DNA of 54,967 nucleotides from an uncultured Candidatus Saccharibacteria bacterium (GTDB lineage Bacteria > Patescibacteriota > Doudnabacteria > UBA920): assembly GCA_964483665.1 (NCBI GenBank), contig CAZACP010000008.1, forward strand, positions 1 to 54,967, written 5' to 3'. Position 1 is the stretch's first letter. Each line of letters opens with the position of its first letter. Of the stretch, positions 1-8,861 are shown one piece after another. Both the position numbers and the translations under genes were made by a program. The notes beneath the pieces were generated by a model. That model ran no database searches, was not told the DNA's origin, and was given only the letters and a program-made list of their open reading frames with translations.

Positions 1-2187
1 AGCCTGTATATTTGCTACATGGCTTAAAATTCTGAGTTCTATTTGAGAATAATCGAGTGACAATAGCTTATAGCCTTTTTCCGCCACAAACGCTTTGCGT
101 ACTTGTGAGCCAAGCCCCTCGCCCCTAACAGGAATGTTTTGTAAATTTGGGTCGATTGACGATAAACGCCCCGTAGCCGCAATGGTTTGATTATAACTGG
201 TATGAAGCCTGCCGGTTTTTTTGTTCACCATTTCAGGCAGCGTGGTAAGGTAGGTACTGTAAAGCTTAGTTACTTCGCGATATTCTAATATTTTGGGAAT
301 TATGTCATGCTGGCCAAGCATTTTTTCTAAATTATCTGCCGAGGTAGAAACTCCGGTTTTGGTTCGTTTGTTGTTGGTGGCTTCCAGCTTAAGTTCGTCG
401 AACAAAACCTCCTTAAGCTGCTTTGGGGAATTTATATTAAATTCGCGTCCTGCTAGCTTGTGAATTTTGTTTTCTAAATCTTTAATGTCTATTTCCGCTT
501 CCCCGGCTAGCCTGTTTAAAAGTTTTACGTCCAGTTTAATGCCGTTTAATTCCACATCTGCCAAAACTTCCACCAAAGGCATTTCTATGTCTTCAAATAC
601 TTTTTTAAGCCCATTCTTTTTAAGTTCAGGCTCAAAAATTTCTTTAAGTCTTAGCGTCATATCTACATCTTCGCAGCAATACCAAGAAACTTTAGCAGGT
701 TCCACCTTGTCCATGGTAATTTGCTCTTTACCTTTGCCTATTAAGTCTGTAATAGGCTGCATCTGATAACCCAGTTCGTTAAAAGCAAGCGCGTCTAGTC
801 CATGTTGGCGAGTACCGGCGTTTAGTAGGTACGATGCGATCATGGTGTCAAAACTAGCAGTAAGTTGTAAGTTGTAAGTTGTAAGTACTTGCTTGTCGTA
901 CTTTATGTTGTGGCCTATTAACTTAACTTTACCCGATGTAAGCAGAGTTTTTAGTTCAGACGATGAAGTAAAAAGCTTTGTGGAAATATAAAAAGCCTTA
1001 CCTGGTTTTGCGCACAACCCTACACCCACTAATTCCGCAATAATTGGGTCAAGGCCTGTGGTTTCCGTGTCTACGCTTATTTCACTCGCGTTTGATAATT
1101 CTTTAATTGCCTCTTCTAATTTCTTTTCGTCATCAACAAAAATATAATTCTGCTTAGAAACAACCTCTCCCCTGCCCCTCTCCTCAGAAGGAGAGGGGTT
1201 TTCTAAATTTGTAACTTGCGGTCCTCTCCCCCCCTGCTTGTCCGCCGAAGCTTTAGCGAAGGAGGATAACTCGTCACCCGTCACCGTCTTAGGCAACTTA
1301 GAAAGCAAATTCCTAAACTCCAAACTCTGAAACAATTTAACTGTCTGAGCTAAATGCTCCTGGTCTAATTCATAAGCTTTAATTTCCGGGTCTATACCCG
1401 GCACGTCGCACACAATAGTAGAAAGCTCATACGACATTCTGGCCTGTGCTTCTTGTTCTAATAGAAGATTTAAAATTCTCTCCTTAATTTTTTTTCGTGC
1501 TTCGGATTTTGGATTTCGAATTTCTTTATACAATTCCTCAAAAGAATGAAATTTTTGAATAAGCTCGCTAGCAGTTTTCTCCCCAATTCCTTTCACGCCC
1601 GGAATGTTGTCCGAAGGGTCACCACGAAGAGCTTTGTAGTCCACCATCTGATCCGGGTTAAGTCCATAGCGCTCTCTGACAGCACGAGAATCATAAATTA
1701 CTGTGTCAGTAAGTCCTTTACGTGGAGTATAAATTTTTACTTTACCGTTAACCAGCTGCAAAGTGTCCATATCGCCGGTTAAAATAAATATCTCGGCCTT
1801 TTCGTGGCTTTTGTCATGAAAGTGTTTGGAAAGCGTGCCAAGTACGTCGTCCGCCTCATAGCCCTGCTTTTCGTATATCGGCACGTTCATTGCCCCTAAA
1901 ACTTCTTTTATAACCGGAATTTGGTCATATAAAGCCTGGTCTGCCTTTACCCTGGTTGCCTTATATTCCTTATATTTTTCATGCCTAAAAGTCGGGCCGG
2001 AAAGGTCAAAAGCCGCGGCTATATGCGTAGCTTTTATATCTTTTATGGCCTTCAAAAAAATGCTTAAAAACCCAAAAACCGCGCCGGTTGGCCTGCCATC
2101 TTTGGTAGTTAAAGTAGGCAAAGCGTGATAAGCCCTATGTACAAGCGCGTTACCATCTATTAACATGTAGCGTTCTTTTTGTTGCAT
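1..2187 (-). CDS. polA: DNA polymerase I (C-terminus runs off the left window edge)
   Basis: Manual translation from ATG at 2187: MQQKERYMLIDGNALVHRAYHALP...YEADD...GDPSDNIPGVKGIGEKTA (5'-3' exonuclease), SVDTETTGLD (3'-5' exonuclease), TGRLSSIDPNLQNIP and DYSQIELR (polymerase). Missing from the ORF track because no stop lies inside the window. Confidence 0.97.
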   Translation of the reverse strand, partial: MQQKERYMLIDGNALVHRAYHALPTLTTKDGRPTGAVFGFLSIFLKAIKDIKATHIAAAFDLSGPTFRHEKYKEYKATRVKADQALYDQIPVIKEVLGAMNVPIYEKQGYEADDVLGTLSKHFHDKSHEKAEIFILTGDMDTLQLVNGKVKIYTPRKGLTDTVIYDSRAVRERYGLNPDQMVDYKALRGDPSDNIPGVKGIGEKTASELIQKFHSFEELYKEIRNPKSEARKKIKERILNLLLEQEAQARMSYELSTIVCDVPGIDPEIKAYELDQEHLAQTVKLFQSLEFRNLLSKLPKTVTGDELSSFAKASADKQGGRGPQVTNLENPSPSEERGRGEVVSKQNYIFVDDEKKLEEAIKELSNASEISVDTETTGLDPIIAELVGVGLCAKPGKAFYISTKLFTSSSELKTLLTSGKVKLIGHNIKYDKQVLTTYNLQLTASFDTMIASYLLNAGTRQHGLDALAFNELGYQMQPITDLIGKGKEQITMDKVEPAKVSWYCCEDVDMTLRLKEIFEPELKKNGLKKVFEDIEMPLVEVLADVELNGIKLDVKLLNRLAGEAEIDIKDLENKIHKLAGREFNINSPKQLKEVLFDELKLEATNNKRTKTGVSTSADNLEKMLGQHDIIPKILEYREVTKLYSTYLTTLPEMVNKKTGRLHTSYNQTIAATGRLSSIDPNLQNIPVRGEGLGSQVRKAFVAEKGYKLLSLDYSQIELRILSHVANIQA
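860..886. repeat. (GTAAGTT)x~4 heptamer tandem repeat inside polA
   Basis: gtaagttgtaagttgtaagttgtaagt; encodes TYNLQLT in frame. Confidence 0.85.
1162..1198. repeat. CCCCTCTCC...GGAGAGGGG palindromic element inside polA
   Basis: cccctctcct-caga-aggagagggg hairpin (1175-1198); encodes NPSPSEERGRGEV; same family as 40343-40375. Confidence 0.8.
1240..1266. repeat. GTCCGCCGAAGCTTTAGCGAAGGAGGA palindromic repeat inside polA
   Basis: Near-identical to 49470-49496 and related to the core of 43915-43970; encodes SSFAKASADK. Confidence 0.85.
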
Positions 2188-2211
2188 AGTGACATTATAC
2201 CTAATAACAAA

Positions 2212-2247
2212 AAGATGGTCATCTTCTAGAAAGAAGATGGCCATCTT
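2212..2247 (-). terminator. Intrinsic terminator
   Basis: aagatggtcatcttct-agaa-agaagatggccatctt stem, followed by a T-run on the minus strand. Confidence 0.7.
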
Positions 2248-2258
2248 AAATTAGATTT

Positions 2259-2375
2259 TTAAGGATTCACTGTAATGATTGGACTTTTTGCCGCAGAAGT
2301 ATATCCGTCGTTAAGCAAGTACCTAAACTCATACTGACCAGCAACCGAGGGAGCCCAGGTGGCAAATGTTCCGCA
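2259..2375 (-). pseudogene. C-terminal fragment of a secreted Ig-like-domain protein
   Basis: Reads CGTFATWAPSVAGQYEFRYLLNDGYTSAAKSPIITVNP* with no start codon, then a terminator. Confidence 0.5.
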
Positions 2376-2381
2376 AGTAGC

Positions 2382-2648
2382 GGTTCAGAGTTTTCTCAGC
2401 ATTTTACCGAAAGAATTAAAATCACCCACAGACACAGCAGAGTTAGAAGACCAAATGATAACGCTCATTTAGAAAGGTTTAACAGGACTATCCAGCAGGA
2501 ACTAATCAGGGACTTACCGATTAATACAAGAGTCATTAACCGATTTATTCCCGCTTATCTGGACTACTACAACAATCAGCGATATCATCTAGGTATTAAC
2601 TTAAAAACACCGGCAGAAGTCATTAATTGTTTCCAAGGTATTGTTTAG
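2382..2648 (+). mobile_element. IS481/IS3-type DDE transposase C-terminal remnant
   Basis: Reads GSEFSQHFTERIKITHRHSRVRRPNDNAHLERFNRTIQQE...YLDYYNNQRYHLGINLKTPAEV...*, a typical rve integrase core end; N-terminus missing. Confidence 0.8.
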
Positions 2649-2687
2649 AAAACGTAGTAAACAATAAAAAACCGCATATTTGTACGG

Positions 2688-2724
2688 TTACAGATTACGA
2701 ATTTATTACAGATATACAGATTCG
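2688..2724. repeat. Downstream inverted arm of the GxxExxY element
   Basis: ttacagattacgaatttattacagatatacagattcg; complementary to 3114-3146. Confidence 0.8.
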
Positions 2725-2729
2725 AGCGA

Positions 2730-3113
2730 CTAACGAATGTTTACTATTCTTTTAAACCTTGCTCCATCTTTACCAAAATGTACTAGCACACCCAATTTTA
2801 AATTTAATGCTTTTAAATAGTTTAAGGTCTGATCAATATTGTCACGAGAAAAGTGTGTATCGCGCTTTATTTCTAAAACTAGCTTATCTTCAATTAAAAA
2901 ATCCAAAAAATACTTTCCTATTGAAATAGATTTATAATCTAAATTTACTGCATACTGCTCAACAAATTTTACCCCTCTCTGTTTAAACTCTTCAGCCAAA
3001 GCTTTTTGATAATGCTTCTCTAAAAGCCCTGAACCCAAATTATTATGCACCTCAAAAATCGCACCAATTACTTTTCTTGTTAAGTCTCCATAAATTAAAT
3101 CATTTTCATTCAT
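2730..3113 (-). CDS. GxxExxY protein (PD-(D/E)XK-like family)
   Basis: MNENDLIYGDLTRKVIGAIFEVHNNLGSGLLEKHY...DFLIEDKLVLEIK; start placed at ATG 3113, directly after the repeat arm. Confidence 0.9.
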   Translation of the reverse strand: MNENDLIYGDLTRKVIGAIFEVHNNLGSGLLEKHYQKALAEEFKQRGVKFVEQYAVNLDYKSISIGKYFLDFLIEDKLVLEIKRDTHFSRDNIDQTLNYLKALNLKLGVLVHFGKDGARFKRIVNIR

Positions 3114-3146
3114 AAGTATCCGTATATCCGTAACAAATCTGTAATC
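3114..3146. repeat. Upstream inverted arm of the GxxExxY element
   Basis: aagtatccgtatatccgtaacaaatctgtaatc; complementary to 2688-2724. Confidence 0.8.
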
Positions 3147-3154
3147 CTTAACCA

Positions 3155-4798
3155 TTACTCTCCAGCGACTCTAAACACCTCTTCCACATCTGTTATACCT
3201 TCTAAGGCTTTAAGTAGCCCATCTTGCGCCATAGTCAGCATACCCTGCTCAATGGCGGTTTTTTTAAAATCCGACATAGAGGCTTCTTTGTTTATTAAAT
3301 TTTGTATGGCCTCGGTAACTTCCAAAACTTCGTAAATGCCAATGCGGCCTTTATAGCCAAGGTTATTGCATTTTTCGCAGCCCGGGCTGCGAAAAAATTG
3401 CAAATCTTTTGGCTGGCTGTAATCTTTGGGCATTTGGCTAAAAATCAGCTTAATTCTTTCCATTAGCTGCGGGGAAATTTTTGTCGGAGTTTTACAATCC
3501 TGGCAAATTCTGCGCACTAAACGCTGCGCCATCACGCAGGACAAAGCCGGCGAAACAATAAACGGTTTTACGCCCATATTTATAAGCCGCGGGATTGCGC
3601 CTGCCGCGTCATTGGTATGAAGCGTGGAAAGCACCAAGTGTCCGGTTAATGCTGCCTGCATGGCCACTTCCGCTGTTTCCTGGTCGCGTATTTCTCCCAC
3701 CATTACTATGTCCGGATCTTGCCTTAAAATGGCTCTTAGGCCCTTGGCAAAATTAAAATCTACATTGTGGTCTATGGGCGTTTGCACAATGCCTTCTAAT
3801 TTATATTCCACCGGATCTTCCAAGGTAATAATTTTCACCCCCGGCTCGTTTAACTCGTTTAAAAATGCGTAAAGACTGGTGGTTTTTCCGCTGCCGGTCG
3901 GACCCGTAGTAATAACCATTCCATTGGGACGCTGGAGTATTTTTTCCACAATTTCTTTTTGTTCTTGTCTAAAACCCAAAGAGTCTAATTTTAACTCAGA
4001 GTTGTTGTTGCCAAGCAATCTCATAACCACTTCTTCGCCGTAAGCTGAAGGCAAAACCGAAACGCGCACGTCTATTGGCCCGCCTAAATAAGTAAAAGTA
4101 ATACGGCCGTCCTGCGCCTGGTTTTCTACATTTAGTTTTAATTTGGCTAAAATTTTTATGCGCGTAATTATTTGCCTTTGCAAACTTTTGTTTATATGCA
4201 GCATATCCTGCAAAACTCCGTCTATGCGGTAGCGCAGTTTTAGAAAATGCTCTTCCGGTTCTAAATGTATGTCCGAGGCTCTAAGCAAAACAGCTCCGCC
4301 AAAAAAGATTTCTAAAAATTGGCTGGCAGTGGTTGTAAGCTGCAAATTTTCTTCTGCTAAAGCCTTTAACTGCTTGGTAAAATCTTGCTCTTTTTTTACG
4401 TCTATAGCTTCGTCGTGGGTAGCTTTAGGTCTTAAAACTTTGCTATAAAATTTTAAAGTTTTTTCCAAACTCCTTTTAGAAATTATATACAAAGTAACCT
4501 TGTTGTCTTGCGACAACTCGCGAATTTTTTCTAAAAGCAACGGGTGCTTAGGGTTAACCGTGCCGATTCTTAAATCTTTAAGCTCTTTATAAAAAGGCAC
4601 AGCCAGCATTTCTTTAGCTTCTTCTTCCAAAAAAATTCCCAAAACATTTAAATCCACGGGAAAATTATGCAAATCTACGTAAGGCAAACCCAAAGCCGCG
4701 GCCGCGCTTTGGGCCTGCTGCTCTTCCATTTTGCGGTTAACTTCGTCCATGCTTCGAACCAAATCGGCCGGGGTTTGAGCGAGAAAATTTTTACTCAT
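3155..4798 (-). CDS. GspE/PilB-family type II secretion/type IV pilus ATPase
   Basis: ASDIHLEP, GPTGSGKTT Walker A, LRQDPDIVMVGEIRD, TGHLVLSTLH, Zn-binding CxxC pairs. Confidence 0.95.
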   Translation of the reverse strand: MSKNFLAQTPADLVRSMDEVNRKMEEQQAQSAAAALGLPYVDLHNFPVDLNVLGIFLEEEAKEMLAVPFYKELKDLRIGTVNPKHPLLLEKIRELSQDNKVTLYIISKRSLEKTLKFYSKVLRPKATHDEAIDVKKEQDFTKQLKALAEENLQLTTTASQFLEIFFGGAVLLRASDIHLEPEEHFLKLRYRIDGVLQDMLHINKSLQRQIITRIKILAKLKLNVENQAQDGRITFTYLGGPIDVRVSVLPSAYGEEVVMRLLGNNNSELKLDSLGFRQEQKEIVEKILQRPNGMVITTGPTGSGKTTSLYAFLNELNEPGVKIITLEDPVEYKLEGIVQTPIDHNVDFNFAKGLRAILRQDPDIVMVGEIRDQETAEVAMQAALTGHLVLSTLHTNDAAGAIPRLINMGVKPFIVSPALSCVMAQRLVRRICQDCKTPTKISPQLMERIKLIFSQMPKDYSQPKDLQFFRSPGCEKCNNLGYKGRIGIYEVLEVTEAIQNLINKEASMSDFKKTAIEQGMLTMAQDGLLKALEGITDVEEVFRVAGE

Positions 4799-4874
4799 AA
4801 TTTTTTTTCTTTGTTTCTGTGGTCGCTAATACCTACCTATTATAACATCATAACGTAACAAAAAAAAGAGCTTC

Positions 4875-6020
4875 TTACAGCCCTTTTAATATTTCAGAAA
4901 ATTTTGTTTCTGCCTCTGCTAAACTTATTTGCGGCAAACTAAAAACCAAAAGCTGGTAATTATGCGGGCTTAAAGCAGTAGTTTTTACAGGCTTGCCTAA
5001 ACCTAAAATAAACTTGTCTAAATTTAAACCGTTATAAGCGGCCAAAAAAATTTCTACCGGGCCGCCGTTCTCTTGGGCCAAAACCGCGGCGGCTTTTTTC
5101 CCGGACAGGTTGGCAATTAAATCTAAAATAGACTGCGGTATAAGCGCGCTGCTGGCTCCGGATTTTTCAAAGTCCTGGCCGCTTAACACCGAGTACACCG
5201 TGTCATTTTCGGTTTTAAGCTTGGCTAAAATCCGGCCCCAAAGTCTTAACAAATTTAAAGGCTTAGTTTTGTATAAAGCCTGCACAATTTCCTGCTGCCT
5301 GCCGCCGGCTTCTATTAACTGGGAAGCGGTAAGAAAACTTTTTGGCGTGGTTTTTATATGCTGGAATGAGTCGGTTTTAGAAATTATTCCTGCCAACAGG
5401 CAAGTGGCAATATTTTCGTCTATTAAATACTGCTCAAATTTTTCGAACAAGGAACACAAAATTTCCCCAACTGAAGTCGCGCTTAAGTCGACTAAATTAA
5501 TTGCCCCATAAAATTCGTTTTCTGCTTTGTGGTCAATATTAATTTTGGGGGTTTCATAAAACAAGTCGGCGTTTTGTTCAAACAATCCGCCCAACAAAGA
5601 CAAAACAGGGGCGTCCAAAATAAAAATTAAGTCATAAGGGGCTTTTTCTTTGGCAAAACTTATATCTTGCGGCAAAAAAACCTGGCCGTCCTTTGCTTTT
5701 AAAAAAATACTGGCCTTGTTTTCAGTCGTCTCGTAAGAAAGTTCTTCCAGCTTCTTTTCTGAAGTATCAACCACCACCACCAGGCTTTTGCCTGAAGAAA
5801 GGGAGCTAATGACGGTTTCAGAACCGGGCAAAAATTTTAACTGCTCCGGCACTTCTCCGGAACTTGCCAGGCTGACATCTTTTTTTTGCTTTTCTAAAAA
5901 AGCCTTTAGTGCAAGGCCTGAGGCCAGGGCATCTATGCTTAAAGACTCGGGAAGGGCAACAAGCAGCCTGTTTGCCTTTTTTATTTGCTCAAATATTTGT
6001 TCGTGCGGGGTTAATTCCAT
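4875..6020 (-). CDS. DHH-family phosphoesterase (NrnA-like)
   Basis: SIDALASGLAL, INIDH, ATCLLAGIISKTDSF motifs; some catalytic positions look degenerate. Confidence 0.75.
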   Translation of the reverse strand: MELTPHEQIFEQIKKANRLLVALPESLSIDALASGLALKAFLEKQKKDVSLASSGEVPEQLKFLPGSETVISSLSSGKSLVVVVDTSEKKLEELSYETTENKASIFLKAKDGQVFLPQDISFAKEKAPYDLIFILDAPVLSLLGGLFEQNADLFYETPKINIDHKAENEFYGAINLVDLSATSVGEILCSLFEKFEQYLIDENIATCLLAGIISKTDSFQHIKTTPKSFLTASQLIEAGGRQQEIVQALYKTKPLNLLRLWGRILAKLKTENDTVYSVLSGQDFEKSGASSALIPQSILDLIANLSGKKAAAVLAQENGGPVEIFLAAYNGLNLDKFILGLGKPVKTTALSPHNYQLLVFSLPQISLAEAETKFSEILKGL

Positions 6021-6247
6021 AAAACTTTGATTTGGATGATTAACAAGTATATAACATTTTACTTAGTTGGTCAACCCGGTACATCTACATATAAGTGTTA
6101 TTCCTATAATAAACAAAGCCGCATAACTAACAAAGTTGATTAAAAAAACTTAAATCATCTCATTTTATATTAAATGTTGTATTACCGGGTCAATGTAGGG
6201 TAAAATAGAGTAATGGGCGACCTTATGCTCTTATTTTAGACTTACTT

Positions 6248-6631
6248 ATGCACACAAGCTTAGACCAAATCCCCGCTTTGGCAAAAAAAATTGCCTCAGG
6301 CATAAAAGGCGGAGAAATATTCGCACTTGTTGGAACCTTAGGTAGCGGTAAAACGACTTTTACTCAGGCTTTAGGCAAACAGCTGAAAATAAAACACCAC
6401 ATTACCAGCCCAACCTTCGTTATAATGAATAGGTACCCCTTTAAGCAAAAAACGCCAATGCATTTGTATCACCTAGACCTTTACAGAATAAAAAGTTTTA
6501 AGGACGTAAAAGCTTTGGGCTTAACGGAAATCTGGAACCAAAAAAATAACGTTATAATTATAGAGTGGGCGGACAAAATAAAAAAGCATTTGCCCAAAAA
6601 AACTAAAAAAATTTATTTTAACCAGCCATAA
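6248..6631 (+). CDS. tsaE: t6A biosynthesis ATPase TsaE
   Basis: GTLGSGKTTF, ITSPTF, YHLDLYR, IIEWAD. Confidence 0.95.
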   Translation: MHTSLDQIPALAKKIASGIKGGEIFALVGTLGSGKTTFTQALGKQLKIKHHITSPTFVIMNRYPFKQKTPMHLYHLDLYRIKSFKDVKALGLTEIWNQKNNVIIIEWADKIKKHLPKKTKKIYFNQP

Positions 6632-6695
6632 TTAAAATTCCGTTGCCCAGACAAAATCTAAAACCCTGCTTTTTAGTTCTCTGAATAACCATAAA

Positions 6696-7922
6696 ATGAA
6701 ATATAAATTAATATTAACAATTATTTTACTTGGTCTGCCTTTAACCGGGCGCGCGGCTAACACGCCGGCGGGTCTTTCCGCTGGCCAAGATTTTGTAATT
6801 AATTTTAACGAACAAACTTTTAAATTGCCGGCTGATCAGCTTAGCAAACTAAAAGGCTCCTACCAAATACCTAAAAACAGCAATTTAATTTACAAAACCT
6901 CTACCCAGGAAGAACTGGCGTCGGGATTTTTAAGCGGCCAACTACCAAGCCCAAAAATTGAGACAGTAGTTTTTAGTTTTGATCCGGCCGGTATTTATAA
7001 ATTTGTAACGCAAACAGCCAATGCAGTTGCTAAAAATCCGGTAGAGCCCAGGTTAACAATCCAAAACAATTTTGCAATAGACTTCGCTCCCCCGTCTGAC
7101 GGCATTTTTGTCGACGCTTCGGCCAATACTTTAAAAATTTTAACCGCGCTACAAAACAAGCAAACTTCGCTGGATTTAATTTTTTCCACCTCCAGCCCCA
7201 AAACCCGCCTTTCGGGTACGAATAATTTAGGCATAAACGAACTTATTGCAACAGGTGTTAGCAATTTTAAAGGAAGCCCCTCAAACCGGCGCCACAACAT
7301 AAAAGTTGGCGTGCAAAAATTTAAAGGCCTAATTATAAAAAAGGGAGAAGAATTTAGTTTTAACAAATATTTGGGTCCGGTAGAAGAAGAGCAGGGTTTT
7401 TTGCCGGAATTGGTTATTAAAAAAACAGGCACAGTACCGGAACTTGGCGGCGGGCTATGCCAAGTTTCCTCCACCACTTTTAGAGCCGCAATGGAAGCAG
7501 GATTGCCCATAACCCAAAGAAAAAATCACGCTTACGCCGTGCAATACTACTCTCCTCAAGGCACAGACGCGACCATTTACCCCGGAATTGTGGATTTAAA
7601 ATTTAAAAACGACACTCCGGGAGCAATTTTAGTCTGGCCGCATTTTGAGGCCGGCGACACTTTAATTTTTGACTTCTACGGCAGTAAAGACAATCGGGTT
7701 GTAACTTTGGAAAAGCCCAGGCAATACGACAGAAAACCTGACGGCAGTTTAAAGGCAGAGTGGACACGGATTGTCGAAAAAGACGGAGTAATTTCTTCCT
7801 CCACTTTTAAATCTATTTACCAGCCCCCGGCACTGTTCCATAAAGAAGAAACTTTTGTTACCGCTCCGCCCACTGGCGGACCCACCCCAACACCCGCTCC
7901 TAGCCCAACGCCAACTTTGTAA
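6696..7922 (+). CDS. VanW-family protein with signal peptide and Pro/Thr-rich tail
   Basis: GEEFSFNKYLG, GGGLCQVSSTTFRAA, GTDATIY, DLKFKNDT. Confidence 0.9.
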   Translation: MKYKLILTIILLGLPLTGRAANTPAGLSAGQDFVINFNEQTFKLPADQLSKLKGSYQIPKNSNLIYKTSTQEELASGFLSGQLPSPKIETVVFSFDPAGIYKFVTQTANAVAKNPVEPRLTIQNNFAIDFAPPSDGIFVDASANTLKILTALQNKQTSLDLIFSTSSPKTRLSGTNNLGINELIATGVSNFKGSPSNRRHNIKVGVQKFKGLIIKKGEEFSFNKYLGPVEEEQGFLPELVIKKTGTVPELGGGLCQVSSTTFRAAMEAGLPITQRKNHAYAVQYYSPQGTDATIYPGIVDLKFKNDTPGAILVWPHFEAGDTLIFDFYGSKDNRVVTLEKPRQYDRKPDGSLKAEWTRIVEKDGVISSSTFKSIYQPPALFHKEETFVTAPPTGGPTPTPAPSPTPTL

Positions 7923-7928
7923 TAAATC

Positions 7929-7960
7929 AAACGCGGAAACGAACAAACGTTTCCGCGTTT
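7929..7960. terminator. Bidirectional terminator between vanW and the convergent cargo genes
   Basis: aaacgcggaaacg-aacaaa-cgtttccgcgttt. Confidence 0.8.
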
Positions 7961-7974
7961 TTTAGTTTTCTTTC

Positions 7975-8322
7975 CTATTTCGGATGAAGTCGGTGATGTT
8001 TCTGCCCCTGACAATACCAATGCCCAGGACCGTAAACCACTCTATGAGCGAGCACCCACCCCCCGTCGGCCAAGACAGCTAAAACAAAGACGGGCACCAA
8101 AACAAGCAAAAACTTCCTGCTTAAAGCAACGCCAATATATTCCCTGTGGCCAACCCAGGGGTTTATAGAAAACAGGAACAACCACAAAGCGATTATTCCA
8201 ATAAAACCCAATACCACCTGAGTCCTAGGCATTGTGTCAATGGAAAAAGTTCTCCACCACACACGATAAAACGACACCGAAGCCGTAAGAGCCAAAGCAA
8301 GCATCAAGGTAATACTTTTCAT
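7975..8322 (-). CDS. Hypothetical membrane protein (cargo of trmB-1)
   Basis: 115-aa ORF with about 3 hydrophobic segments; SD GGGGAGG upstream. Confidence 0.7.
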   Translation of the reverse strand: MKSITLMLALALTASVSFYRVWWRTFSIDTMPRTQVVLGFIGIIALWLFLFSINPWVGHREYIGVALSRKFLLVLVPVFVLAVLADGGWVLAHRVVYGPGHWYCQGQKHHRLHPK

Positions 8323-8342
8323 TCTGCCTCCCCTTTTAAATA

Positions 8343-8714
8343 CTACTTCATTCTTCCTTCGCTAAAGTATCCGCCCTCGAGCAGTTCGAGGTACTCTTCG
8401 GGCGCAAAACAACCGATCGCGTATGGCACACATTTCCTCCGCTCGCTTTTCCGTACGGCTAAAATAAAACGGCCCTTGCCCCGAAACCTACTGCGCGTTG
8501 CCTGAATTTTGTAATCCTTATCTTCCAGGCGACTCTCCAAGTCAGCTTTCGCTTCGGCATAGTTCGAAAAAAGGCTAAGTTGAGTGGCAAGCGCCCGAAG
8601 GTTTGGAAATTGACTCCGCGAAGTATTCGGGCACATAAGCACAAACACCTCCGGCCCAAAAATCTCTGTAATTGCTGAAAGCATTGCGGCTTTTAGCTGT
8701 TTAGTCTTGTCCAT
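8343..8714 (-). CDS. Hypothetical protein (cargo of trmB-1)
   Basis: 123-aa ORF; SD AGGAGG upstream; divergent from trmB-1. Confidence 0.7.
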   Translation of the reverse strand: MDKTKQLKAAMLSAITEIFGPEVFVLMCPNTSRSQFPNLRALATQLSLFSNYAEAKADLESRLEDKDYKIQATRSRFRGKGRFILAVRKSERRKCVPYAIGCFAPEEYLELLEGGYFSEGRMK

Positions 8715-8837
8715 ATTTTCCCTCCTGTTTGGGAACTAACAATTTTTTCAAAATTTAAGTAAAATGTCAATTTTGTTGATTTATTTTATAGCATTTAATA
8801 AATTTGACTTAATTTTAAAGCTATTTTATAATTATTT

Positions 8838-8857
8838 TGTTGTCGAAATTTACAACA
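8838..8857. promoter_or_regulatory. Candidate operator TGTTGT-N8-ACAACA between the trmB-1 promoter and its start codon
   Basis: tgttgtcgaaatttacaaca lies just downstream of TTGACT-17-TATAAT. Confidence 0.6.
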
Positions 8858-8861
8858 TTAT

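Noticed and set aside
6071-6192. MITE defined by acccggta/taccgggt inverted repeats
   Set aside because: Only 8 bp match perfectly, there is one copy and no target duplication; more likely divergent promoter sequence.
6696-7922. Vancomycin resistance locus
   Set aside because: VanW domains are widespread and no vanHAX/RS genes are present.
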